Assembly: GCA_023396915.1 (NCBI GenBank)
Contig: JAEWUV010000007.1
Span: 82,077 to 146,076, forward strand
Length of the DNA: 64,000 nucleotides
Direction: 5' to 3'
Source of the DNA: Candidatus Parcubacteria bacterium
GTDB lineage: Bacteria; Patescibacteriota; Microgenomatia; UBA12405
Positions 1-8,417 of this stretch are shown piece by piece. Position 1 is the stretch's first letter. Each line of letters starts with the position of its first letter. The notes beneath the pieces were generated by a model. It saw nothing but the letters and a program-made list of their open reading frames with translations, was not told the origin of the DNA and searched no databases. A program made the position numbers and the translations under genes.

Positions 1-276
1 TTTTTCTGGGGCGAGGGTTGCCCTCATTGTAAAAATGTTGAAGATTGGATTAGCGAAAATAATGCCACTGATAGTGCCAAAATTAATTTCAAAGAAGTTT
101 ATAATTCAGAATCTGATAGGACAGATTTTTTTAACACCGTCAAAAAATATTGCCCTGAACTAATCGCTAAAGATGGTGGAATTGGCGTTCCTACTGCTTT
201 CAATCCGGCTACCAACAAATGTATTCAAGGCGACACTCCAATCATTGAATTTTTGTCTTCAAAACTGGCCCAATAA
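1..276 (+). CDS. Thioredoxin-fold protein, 5'-truncated by the window edge (C-terminal 91 aa)
   Basis: Frame-1 translation runs from the window start to TAA at 274-276. It contains a CPHC redox motif (GEGCPHCKNVEDW), typical of the thioredoxin/DsbA fold. Confidence 0.55.
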   Translation, partial: FFWGEGCPHCKNVEDWISENNATDSAKINFKEVYNSESDRTDFFNTVKKYCPELIAKDGGIGVPTAFNPATNKCIQGDTPIIEFLSSKLAQ

Positions 277-281
277 TACTT

Positions 282-671
282 ATGTCCAAAAAAGACAAGG
301 TCCAAAAAATTACTTTTAAAAGCATTGTCAGATTAGCTATTTTTTCAGTTTTAATTTACTTTACTATTTCTTTTCTTGACCAAAAAAATTCAAACAAGGC
401 AATTTTAAATGATCCAACGGTAGCTTTTGATGAAGTGAATCAGCCATTAGGTGAAAATGTTCTTGGTGAAATGTATTCTGCTCTCCCTGAGGATAGTCGT
501 AATCAACTTGAAAATTTCAACGAAACAGAAACAGGGAAATTTTTCAGTAATTCGCTTAAATACCTTCAGGAAAAATTAGACGGTTTTCCTCAAAAACAAA
601 TCAAAGAAATTAAAAAAGGTCTTATTAAAAATGTTTCTGAAGAAATGATTAGGCAGGTAGAGGAGAACTAA
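282..671 (+). CDS. Hypothetical small membrane-anchored protein
   Basis: 129-aa ORF with one N-terminal hydrophobic helix ([18 protein letters not shown]). It lies immediately upstream of prfB with a 2-nt gap. No recognisable domain. Confidence 0.5.
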   Translation: MSKKDKVQKITFKSIVRLAIFSVLIYFTISFLDQKNSNKAILNDPTVAFDEVNQPLGENVLGEMYSALPEDSRNQLENFNETETGKFFSNSLKYLQEKLDGFPQKQIKEIKKGLIKNVSEEMIRQVEEN

Positions 672-673
672 TT

Positions 674-1753
674 ATGATCGACATTTCTCAAATCAAATCA
701 AAATTTGTTGATATTAAATTAAAATTAAATTTTGAAGCTAAACAAGGTGAACTTTTAAAACTAGAAAAAGAATCTCAGGGACCGAATTTGTGGGATAATC
801 CGTCTCAAGCCCAAAATTTATTACAGTCGATTTCTTTTTTACAAAAAACTGTTGATTTAATCAAAAAAATAGAATCAGACATTCAAACCTGGGAGGATTT
901 CAACCAAATGCTTGCTCAAAATCCTGACCCGTCCATGGAAATTGAACTTAATAGTTCCTTAAATAATATAGCCAAAGAAATTTCTGATTTAGAAATACAA
1001 ACCTATCTTTCAGGTAAATACGACGCCAAACCAGCAATTCTGTCTATTCACTCCGGACAAGGAGGTACTGAAGCTATGGATTGGGCCTCTATGCTCCAAC
1101 GGATGTATATTCGTTTTTTAGAAAAAAAAAGTTGGAAATTTGAAGTCTTAGATTTAACTCCCGGTGAAGAAGCCGGTATAAAATCTGTTTATTTTAAAGT
1201 TAATCATCCTTTTGCTTTTGGTTATCTCAAAAAAGAATCCGGAATTCATCGACTGGTTCGTTTATCGCCCTTTAATGCTGATAATCTTCGCCAAACTTCT
1301 TTTGCCAAAGTAGAAGTTTCTCCGATTTTTGATTTTGCCAGTAACGATGAATTTAAAATTCCGGAATCAGATATTGAATTTTCTGCTTTCCGTTCCGGTG
1401 GCAATGGTGGTCAAAATGTTAACAAAGTTTCCACTGCAGTCAGACTGGTTCATAAGCCTACCGGTATTAGTGTGTCCTGTCAAAGTCAACGCGGCCAAGA
1501 GCAGAATCGTCAATTAGCCCTAGAAATGCTTACCTCCAAACTTTGGGCCCTAGAAGAAGAAAAACAAAATAAAGAAGTCAAAGATTTAAAAGGTGATAAC
1601 ATAGTTGCAGGTTGGGGACACCAAATCAGATCTTACGTCTTGCATCCTTACAAAATGGTCAAAGATCTTAGAACTCGTCATGAAACATCCGATACTACGG
1701 CAGTTTTAGATGGAGACCTTGACGCCTTTATTGAATCTGAATTAAAATTGTAA
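674..1753 (+). CDS. prfB: Peptide chain release factor 2 (RF2), uninterrupted ORF
   Basis: 359 aa. Contains the RF2-specific SPF tripeptide (LSPFNADN) and the universal GGQ motif ([13 protein letters not shown]). Its length matches full-length RF2 without a +1 frameshift. Confidence 0.9.
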   Translation: MIDISQIKSKFVDIKLKLNFEAKQGELLKLEKESQGPNLWDNPSQAQNLLQSISFLQKTVDLIKKIESDIQTWEDFNQMLAQNPDPSMEIELNSSLNNIAKEISDLEIQTYLSGKYDAKPAILSIHSGQGGTEAMDWASMLQRMYIRFLEKKSWKFEVLDLTPGEEAGIKSVYFKVNHPFAFGYLKKESGIHRLVRLSPFNADNLRQTSFAKVEVSPIFDFASNDEFKIPESDIEFSAFRSGGNGGQNVNKVSTAVRLVHKPTGISVSCQSQRGQEQNRQLALEMLTSKLWALEEEKQNKEVKDLKGDNIVAGWGHQIRSYVLHPYKMVKDLRTRHETSDTTAVLDGDLDAFIESELKL

Positions 1754-1755
1754 CC

Positions 1756-2790
1756 ATGCCAAAAGCAGTTAAAAAAGTTTTTATCTTCGTCATCGCCATT
1801 TTTATTCTATCTTTCGGTGTGTTTCACTTTGGTGTCAAATTATTAGCTCAAAAAATAAATAAATCACCGGAATATATTACTGACTTTATCAAAAAAACAA
1901 ATCAAGAAAATCCTTATTTCAATCAAGACAAACTTAATTTTATTTTTCTTGGCCTTGACGAGCGAGATGATGCTTTAGAAAAAACCCAAACTACCGATAC
2001 CGTCATCTTTGCTTCACTAAACCTTAAAGATAATAAAATTACCCTTATCTCTATTCCCCGTGACTTATGGGATTACAATACTAACTCTAAAATTAACGAT
2101 ATTTATCCTCAAAGTTTAGAGCAAGAAGACAAGTTTACTTATATCAAAGAAAAATTTAACCAACTTACCGGGCAAAATATTGACCATATTGTTGTTTTAA
2201 ATACCGAAAACCTTATTAAGTTCATAAATCTAACTGGAGGATTAGATGTTTATTTAGAAACTGGTTTTATCGACAAACAATATCCCAATCCTGATTATAT
2301 TGCCGACCCCAAATCTGGAGCTCCAAAGTATATTACCGTTGAGTTTAATAGTGGCGATATTCACCTTGATGAAACTAATATCACCCAATTTGTGCGTTCT
2401 CGTAAAGGTGGCGACACTATCGCCCAAGGGGGCACGGACCTAGCCAGAATCCAACGTCAACAATTAGTCATAGATGCTTTATTACAAAAAATAAAAGACG
2501 GTAAAATTGTCTCTTCTATTAATCAAATTTTTGATTTATATAAATTTTGGGATGAAGATGTTTCCACCGATATTACCGATTTAAAAGCTTTTCAAATCGG
2601 ATCAATTATCCTAAAAAATATCGCTAATCAAAAGGAATTTAATTTAGAAAAAAAAGAAATTACAGTAGGGGAATCCGCCAAAGATGGTTTAATTTACCAT
2701 CCGACCACTTTTATCAACAAACAATGGGTTTATATTCCCGCCGACAAAGACTACACCTCTTTTAAACAATTCTTCTCCGACTCAATCTGA
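1756..2790 (+). CDS. LytR-CpsA-Psr (LCP) family cell-wall glycopolymer phosphotransferase
   Basis: N-terminal TM helix, then the LCP core motifs (FLGLDERDD...TDTVIFASL...LISIPRDLW). 344 aa. Confidence 0.8.
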   Translation: MPKAVKKVFIFVIAIFILSFGVFHFGVKLLAQKINKSPEYITDFIKKTNQENPYFNQDKLNFIFLGLDERDDALEKTQTTDTVIFASLNLKDNKITLISIPRDLWDYNTNSKINDIYPQSLEQEDKFTYIKEKFNQLTGQNIDHIVVLNTENLIKFINLTGGLDVYLETGFIDKQYPNPDYIADPKSGAPKYITVEFNSGDIHLDETNITQFVRSRKGGDTIAQGGTDLARIQRQQLVIDALLQKIKDGKIVSSINQIFDLYKFWDEDVSTDITDLKAFQIGSIILKNIANQKEFNLEKKEITVGESAKDGLIYHPTTFINKQWVYIPADKDYTSFKQFFSDSI

Positions 2791-2964
2791 TTTTGTTATA
2801 ATTCTTTAGTTTTTCAAAAAAGATTAAATTAGCTTAATCTGACTTTTGAAGTACCTTAAAATTTTGTTGGTTTTAAATTCTAGTGAATGACTTTTTGAAC
2901 ATTAATTTAATATTTAGTAAGCCATTCATTAGAGAGATCTTGAATGAGTAGAAAGGGGATCATT

Positions 2965-3516
2965 ATGGAAATTTCATTATCAACACTTGTCGTTGTCGCA
3001 ATTGGAGGACTTCTAATCTCTGTCGCATTATTCTTCATTTTAAGGATGAAGGATAAACTATCCAAATTCGCAACCTATATGAAACGCCCGACTTTAACCC
3101 TGTTGTTTATCGTATGGTTAGGGATCTTAATTGACAGTCACTTAGATCTTTTTTTTCTCCCCTGCACCTTATTTGGGTCAATAGCGCTTCTTTCGATGGC
3201 TTGTTTTATTGGGTTACTTCCAATGTGGATAGTTGTCGTTATCTTGTACTTTATCAAAACTGATAATTCTACAAATAATGACAATCATGAAACAACGCCA
3301 AAAAAGTTAGACAAGAAGACCAAAAAAAATATGGTGTTGTTCGGAACAATTGCGATTACCTCTTATATCAGCGGGGTGATAATTCAGTCATTGGAACACT
3401 ATCCTGTCGAAACTGGGAAAAGAAACATCTTTGCCGTTATCCTTTTGGCAGTAAGTGTTATCATCTGTCTTACAGCTATCTATAAGGGTAAAAGCAAAAA
3501 GAAAACTAACAAATAA
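2965..3516 (+). CDS. Hypothetical integral membrane protein (about 5 TM)
   Basis: The ORF track begins at 2944, but an AAAGGGGA RBS-like sequence lies 6 nt before ATG 2965. Multiple hydrophobic helices. Slightly GC-richer than neighbouring genes. No known domain recognised. Confidence 0.5.
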   Translation: MEISLSTLVVVAIGGLLISVALFFILRMKDKLSKFATYMKRPTLTLLFIVWLGILIDSHLDLFFLPCTLFGSIALLSMACFIGLLPMWIVVVILYFIKTDNSTNNDNHETTPKKLDKKTKKNMVLFGTIAITSYISGVIIQSLEHYPVETGKRNIFAVILLAVSVIICLTAIYKGKSKKKTNK

Positions 3517-3546
3517 AGACCGATGTCAGCCTTTGCTGACAAATTA

Positions 3547-3637
3547 AGCCCCGGGCAAAAGTGAGAAATGAATGAAAATGTATGGCTGCAGCACGTACAA
3601 CACATTTTTTGACGTTTTTCACTCCGGGGCTTTTTTC
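3547..3637 (+). other. GC-rich stem (AGCCCCGG...CCGGGGCT) closing a loop of about 69 nt, followed by a U-run: complex terminator or small structured RNA
   Basis: 8-bp GC stem (3547-3554 with 3624-3631), then TTTTTTC. A separate perfect hairpin GTCAGC-cttt-GCTGAC lies at 3525-3540, right after the stop of the upstream gene. Confidence 0.35.
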
Positions 3638-3692
3638 TTTAACTTTACTCACCACTTTTGCTATACTGAATTATTAGATTTTAATTTTAAAA

Positions 3693-4175
3693 ATGGATAT
3701 ACCAAATCTTTCAAATAACCAACCTGTTAATAAAACATTTAATCCTCTAAAAGTTCCTGATTTTCCTAAATTTATTTATCCAATTATTATCGTCGTCGCA
3801 ATAGCTGTCGGCTTTGCCGCCTCTCGATTTTTTCCGTCTGAATCAGATAGTGTTTCACAGGAAGATAGTTTAGTGGCTAATCAAGCCGCTCAAATAGTTG
3901 AAGGTGAAGAAATCAAAGTTGGCGTTGTTTATGGCAATACTAGTCAAACTTTTTCCGACCACGCCACCGGTGTAGTTAAAAAAGGCGGAGTCAATGGTGA
4001 AGGCACTCACACATTAGACCGTGAAGGCGGAGTTGATCAAGATGCCGCTTTAACTTCATCAGTAATTGATTTAGATCTCTTTGTCGACAAAGAAGTCGAA
4101 GTTAAAGGTGAGACCAATGCATCACGTAAAGCCGGCTGGTTTATGGATGTCGGCAGTATCAAAATTCTTGAATAA
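3693..4175 (+). CDS. Hypothetical membrane-anchored protein upstream of ftsE
   Basis: 160 aa with one TM helix (IIIVVAIAVGFAA), followed by an acidic Gly/Val-rich domain. A TTAACT-17-TATACT promoter-like sequence lies at 3639-3667. It directly precedes ftsE with a 2-nt gap. Confidence 0.45.
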   Translation: MDIPNLSNNQPVNKTFNPLKVPDFPKFIYPIIIVVAIAVGFAASRFFPSESDSVSQEDSLVANQAAQIVEGEEIKVGVVYGNTSQTFSDHATGVVKKGGVNGEGTHTLDREGGVDQDAALTSSVIDLDLFVDKEVEVKGETNASRKAGWFMDVGSIKILE

Positions 4176-4177
4176 AA

Positions 4178-4894
4178 ATGAAAATAGTTTTTGATAAAGT
4201 TGATAAAAATTACGGGCTCATTAGTGCCCTAAAAGATATTACTTTTACCATTAATCCTGGTGAATTTGTTTTTATCATCGGACCTTCCGGGGCCGGCAAG
4301 TCAACTCTACTTAAACTTATTTTAAATCAAATCAAGCCGAGCCAAGGGATTCTAACCATAGATGATATTGATTTAAATTTTGGTAAAAAAAATGAAATTG
4401 ATAAAATTCGCCAAAAAATCGGCGTTATTTTCCAAGACTACCAACTTATTATGGACAAATCTGTCGAAGAAAATATTGCTCTTAGTTTAGACATTAACAA
4501 CTACCCCAAAGATAAAATTGCCGGTAAAATCGACGAAGTCATTAAAGAGGTAAATTTAAACAGCCGTCGCTATCTTTTCCCCTCACAACTGTCTGGGGGA
4601 GAACTACAACGAGCCGCCCTTGCCCGAGCCTTAGCTATCGAACCGGAAGTAATTTTGGCCGATGAACCTACCGGTAATCTAGACATGGAAAATTCTTGGA
4701 ATCTCGTCAAGCTCTTAAAAGATATTAATCAAAAAAACGGTACTACTGTCATAATGACCACTCACAATCAAGAGATTATCAATTCACTTGACAAGCGTAA
4801 AATTGAAATTGACAAAGGTGTTTTAGTCTCCGATTCGAATAAGCCTAAAAAAACCAAAAAAGTTAAAATTTCAAAAAAAGATGAACTCAATTAA
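4178..4894 (+). CDS. ftsE: Cell-division ABC transporter ATP-binding protein FtsE
   Basis: Walker [13 protein letters not shown] signature LSGGELQR, Walker [12 protein letters not shown]. It is followed by ftsX with an overlapping junction. Confidence 0.85.
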   Translation: MKIVFDKVDKNYGLISALKDITFTINPGEFVFIIGPSGAGKSTLLKLILNQIKPSQGILTIDDIDLNFGKKNEIDKIRQKIGVIFQDYQLIMDKSVEENIALSLDINNYPKDKIAGKIDEVIKEVNLNSRRYLFPSQLSGGELQRAALARALAIEPEVILADEPTGNLDMENSWNLVKLLKDINQKNGTTVIMTTHNQEIINSLDKRKIEIDKGVLVSDSNKPKKTKKVKISKKDELN

Positions 4895-5753
4895 AACTGC
4901 CTGGCACCATATTCGCCGTTCTCCTATTCAAAGTTTTACTGCTCTTCTTTTAATGACTTTCAGTTTTATTTTAATTTCCTTTTTTATTATTATTAGTAAG
5001 GGGACAGTTGAAACTTTAACCTATTTTGAAACTAAACCGGAAATTACCATTTATCTCAAAGATGGTTTGGAAAATACTATAATTGAAAATTTAAAAACTG
5101 AACTGGCCAATTATCAAAATGTCAAAGAAGTTAGATTTATTTCCAAAGAAAAAGCTTTAGAGCTTTACCGACAACAGAACCAAGATAATGCCGCCTTAAC
5201 CGAGATGGTGACCGCCAGTATTCTTCCGGCCTCTATTGAAGTTACCGTTTCCGACCCTTCAGCCTTGGAAAAAATTTATCAAAATTATGCTACCAGAAGC
5301 GATATCGTTGATGAAATTATTTATCAAAAAGACGTCATTAATACCCTTCTTGATTGGACCAATACTATTCGCAAAGGCGGAATTGTCATTATTTCAATTG
5401 TCCTTTTGGTCACTTTTTTTGCTGTTTCTTCTATTATCGGCATGAAAACTACTAACCGCAAAGATGAGATAAAAATCAGCCGTCTTTTAGGTGCTTCTAA
5501 CTGGTACGTCAAAAAACCGTTTTTATTGGAAGGTATTTTTTATGGTTTTTGGGGTAGTTTCGTCGCCTCAATCGTAGTTTTTAGTTTTTTTATTATCAAG
5601 CGTCAGCTTATAAATTCTTTCTTTTCTCCGATTGAATTTGTCCCTTCAGATTTTAGTTTATATGCCATTTTATTAATGGCAGAAATAACTTTGGGTTGTT
5701 TTGTCGGTTTTCTCGCCAGCCTTATTGGAGTCAAAAGATATATTAAGTTTTAA
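4881..5753 (+). CDS. ftsX: Cell-division permease-like protein FtsX
   Basis: 290 aa. One N-terminal TM, a large extracytoplasmic loop, then three C-terminal TM helices. Sits in the conserved ftsE-ftsX position. Confidence 0.8.
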   Translation: MNSIKTAWHHIRRSPIQSFTALLLMTFSFILISFFIIISKGTVETLTYFETKPEITIYLKDGLENTIIENLKTELANYQNVKEVRFISKEKALELYRQQNQDNAALTEMVTASILPASIEVTVSDPSALEKIYQNYATRSDIVDEIIYQKDVINTLLDWTNTIRKGGIVIISIVLLVTFFAVSSIIGMKTTNRKDEIKISRLLGASNWYVKKPFLLEGIFYGFWGSFVASIVVFSFFIIKRQLINSFFSPIEFVPSDFSLYAILLMAEITLGCFVGFLASLIGVKRYIKF

Positions 5754-5755
5754 TA

Positions 5756-6901
5756 ATGTTTTTAAAATTTAAATTTTTTTTTCTAGTTTTACTGACTTTA
5801 TTTTTAACCACTTCTAATTTTTTATATGCCAACGAAGAATCTGATTTAATAGCCAAATTGGCAGAATTGCGCAATCAGAAAAATACCCTAAACACTCAAA
5901 TACAATATCTTGATTCTCAGTATCAGTTAACTCTTTTAAAGATTAACCAAACTGAAACTTCCATTTCAAATTTAGAAAAAGAAATTGCCAGTCTTAATGT
6001 AGAAATAGGTAAGTTAGAAAAAGAAATCGATCAACTATCAGCCACTTATATTAGTCAAATTATCCAAAGTTATAAATTGCAAAAAAAATATCCCTCTTTT
6101 GCTTACCTTTTATTAGATAATCTAAACACCTTTCTCGAACAACACCAATATTCTTCAGCTATTCAGGCTAATAGTAAACAAAATTTAATTGACAGGGAAA
6201 CCGTTCGTTATAACTACGACACTCAAAAAACAGCTAAAGAGAAAAAACAAACCGAGTTAGAAACATTACAAAAAACTCTAGCTTCTCAAAAAATTAGTTT
6301 AGCTAATCAAAAATTTGCCAAAGATCAGTTACTTAAAACCACTGAGGCTGAATATAATCAAGTTCAACAACAACTTGCGGCTTTAAAAAGCTTTGCTAGC
6401 TCAGTTGGAGGAAATACTTGTTTAGATTCATCACCAGGAGGTGGTAGTGATGGCAATTTTTATTCTCAAAGAGATCCCCAATGGTGTAAAAAATATATTG
6501 GTATCTCTAATGATACTATCGGTTCTGTCGGGTGTTTTATAAGTAGTGTTTCTATGGTCTACAAAAAACTAGGTCATGATATAACTCCGTTATCTTACGC
6601 CTCTAATCCAAGTAATTTTTGGGGAAATACTGCTTATATGGTAGCTCCGTCACCCCCGTCTGGCTATACATACAAACAAGTTTCTTATAGTGCTAATACC
6701 GTAGACAATGAGTTAAAAGCTGGACGTTATGTCATAGCCCAAGTAAAAATGGCTAATATTTCTGGTATGCATTTTATTGTCATTATTAGTGGAAGCGGTG
6801 GTAATTATAAAATTCATGACCCTTGGTTCGGGGCTGATCAGAATTTTTCAGATCGTTATTCTACTGGCCTTATTATGAGTCTCCGTTTAATTACTAAGTA
6901 A
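5756..6901 (+). CDS. Secreted coiled-coil protein with C-terminal C39-like (YvpB/PF13529-type) cysteine peptidase domain; probable FtsEX-controlled cell-wall hydrolase (PcsB/EnvC analogue)
   Basis: Signal peptide, then about 200 aa of heptad-like coiled coil (LEKEIASLNVEIGKLEKEIDQL). C-terminal motif QRDPQW...TIGSVGCFISSVSMV with a downstream His (KIHDPW). Immediately follows ftsEX with a 2-nt gap. Confidence 0.65.
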   Translation: MFLKFKFFFLVLLTLFLTTSNFLYANEESDLIAKLAELRNQKNTLNTQIQYLDSQYQLTLLKINQTETSISNLEKEIASLNVEIGKLEKEIDQLSATYISQIIQSYKLQKKYPSFAYLLLDNLNTFLEQHQYSSAIQANSKQNLIDRETVRYNYDTQKTAKEKKQTELETLQKTLASQKISLANQKFAKDQLLKTTEAEYNQVQQQLAALKSFASSVGGNTCLDSSPGGGSDGNFYSQRDPQWCKKYIGISNDTIGSVGCFISSVSMVYKKLGHDITPLSYASNPSNFWGNTAYMVAPSPPSGYTYKQVSYSANTVDNELKAGRYVIAQVKMANISGMHFIVIISGSGGNYKIHDPWFGADQNFSDRYSTGLIMSLRLITK

Positions 6902-6905
6902 CCAA

Positions 6906-6934
6906 AAATCCCCCATCTTTCGATAGGGGATTTG
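6906..6934. terminator. Bidirectional intrinsic terminator hairpin between convergent genes
   Basis: AAATCCCCCATC-tttc-GAT(a)GGGGGATTT: a 12-bp stem with one bulge. T-rich tracts on both sides serve the + gene ending at 6901 and the - gene ending at 6949. Confidence 0.7.
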
Positions 6935-6948
6935 TTTATAGTTTTTAC

Positions 6949-7599
6949 TTAAAATCCTCTAATTTTTCTTCTCAAAGCAAATCCCGAGAGACCTACTCCG
7001 ATAGCTCCGATAGTTTCTAAAACCAAACTCATACTACCGGTTTCTGGCAAGACTACTGTTTTTGGAGGTTCAACAGTAGAAACTTGTCCGGCTTTAATAT
7101 AGTAAATGGCATCATCTTTTTCGGTGATTTCATCTACACTGGCAACAGCCACGTTAGTCTCTTTAGTAAGAGTGTAAACTTCATTGGCTTTATCAATTCT
7201 AGCTCTAATCAAAAACTCTTGAGAATGACCGGCATTTAACTCATTAATAGTCCATTCAATTTTATTATCAGTACTATTATAAGTTCCTGGGAAGAAAATT
7301 AATTTCAAAAACGGAGGTAAATTATCAGAAACTTTAATATTTTTCATATTAGTAGTTCCGGTATTAGTTACCTTAATTTTGAATTCAATTATTTCACCAT
7401 CGTAAAATACCTTAGTATTACTGGAAATATTATCAACATAATGACTCCAGGAAAAAGGTCTGATTTTTTTATCTATCGATAATGTTTTTCTATTATCGTC
7501 ATTTGAATAACTATCAGCTTTAGCTGAAATAGGATTCAATATAAACAAAGAAAACACCGTTAAAACGGCTATTAATAATTTATTTTTCATATGTTCCAC
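6949..7599 (-). CDS. LPXTG-anchored cell-surface protein with DUF11-like repeat domain
   Basis: N-terminal signal peptide. C-terminal sortase sorting signal: LPETG, then a hydrophobic stretch, then the RRKIRGF basic tail. The VTNTGTTNMKNIKVSDNLP motif is typical of DUF11 (conserved repeat domain). Confidence 0.75.
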   Translation of the reverse strand: MEHMKNKLLIAVLTVFSLFILNPISAKADSYSNDDNRKTLSIDKKIRPFSWSHYVDNISSNTKVFYDGEIIEFKIKVTNTGTTNMKNIKVSDNLPPFLKLIFFPGTYNSTDNKIEWTINELNAGHSQEFLIRARIDKANEVYTLTKETNVAVASVDEITEKDDAIYYIKAGQVSTVEPPKTVVLPETGSMSLVLETIGAIGVGLSGFALRRKIRGF

Positions 7600-7651
7600 C
7601 TGCTTTGTAAATTACTATTAAAAAATAATTATGGGATATTTTATCGACAAG

Positions 7652-7680
7652 TTGCCGATTTGTCAAGTATTGCTTATACT
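7652..7680 (+). promoter_or_regulatory. Putative sigma70-like promoter (TTGCCG-17-TATACT) for the first glycosyltransferase operon
   Basis: The -35/-10 hexamers have 17-nt spacing and end 8 nt before the ATG at 7689. This implies a leaderless or near-leaderless transcript. The region is also the divergent promoter zone for the LPXTG gene. Confidence 0.3.
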
Positions 7681-7688
7681 TAAGCCAT

Positions 7689-8417
7689 ATGGGTAAATTT
7701 TTAATAGACGAGTTATCTGTCTTTTTTCCTTGCTATAACGAAGAGAAAAACATCCAAAAAACTGTTTCCAAAGCAATTTTGGTTCTAAATAATGTAGCTA
7801 AACAATGGGAGATTATTTTAGTTAATGACGGTTCAAAGGATAATACAGGCCAAGTTCTAGAACAAATTAAAAAACAATACCCTAAACAAATTAGGATTAT
7901 CACTCACAATCCCAACCGAGGTTACGGAGCGGCTCTAAAAAGTGGGTTTTACAACGCCAAATATAATTGGATTACTTTTACCGATTCTGATGGTCAGTTT
8001 GATTTTTCAGAAATTACAGAATTTATAAAAAAACAACAAAATTCCAAAGCAGATTTAGTTATCGGTTATTATCTTTCTCGAAAAGTTTCTAAAACGACCA
8101 TTATTACTTCTAAAATTTGGGAATTTATCGTTTTTATCCTTTTTGGTTTAAAAGTCAAAGACATTGATTGCGCTTTTAAGTTAATCAGTAAAAAAGTTAT
8201 TAATACCATTCCTAAACTTGAGGCCGAAAGAGGAGCTTTTATCAGTAGTGAATTTTTAATCAAAGCCAAAAAAAGTGGTTTTAAAATAGTTGAAATTGGT
8301 GTTCATCATTATCCTCGTATCGAAGGTCAGGCTACCGGTAGGAATATCAAAGTAATTTTAAAAAGTTTTTCCGATCTTTTCCGTCTTTGGTTTAAAATTA
8401 ATTTTAACCGTGCTTAA
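7689..8417 (+). CDS. GT2 glycosyltransferase, Dpm1/ArnC/GtrB-like polyprenyl-phosphate sugar synthase
   Basis: FFPCYNEEKNI...VNDGSKDNT...DSDGQFD, the DxD-type GT-A signature. 242 aa. Directly upstream of and overlapping a GT-C membrane protein. Confidence 0.8.
   Translation: MGKFLIDELSVFFPCYNEEKNIQKTVSKAILVLNNVAKQWEIILVNDGSKDNTGQVLEQIKKQYPKQIRIITHNPNRGYGAALKSGFYNAKYNWITFTDSDGQFDFSEITEFIKKQQNSKADLVIGYYLSRKVSKTTIITSKIWEFIVFILFGLKVKDIDCAFKLISKKVINTIPKLEAERGAFISSEFLIKAKKSGFKIVEIGVHHYPRIEGQATGRNIKVILKSFSDLFRLWFKINFNRA

Noticed and set aside
1329-1517. Short ORFs nested inside or antisense to large genes (for example 1329-1517, 5236-5445, 5324-5512(-), 8069-8269(-), 10250-10507(-), 11565-11825(-), 26319-26690, 33273-33527, 47883-48161(-), 55714-55978(-))
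   Set aside because: They lie entirely within longer ORFs that have recognisable domains. They show low-complexity, AT-frame-biased translations and no motifs. These are most likely spurious alternative-frame ORFs.
674-1753. Possible programmed frameshift or alternative genetic code
   Set aside because: RF2 is continuous in one frame. All large genes are open in single frames with TGA/TAA/TAG stops, consistent with standard code 11.
2944-3516. Foreign island call for the membrane-protein gene at 2965-3516, based on slightly higher GC
   Set aside because: The GC difference is modest and was not quantified. There are no flanking repeats or mobility genes. It is kept as a hypothetical membrane protein.
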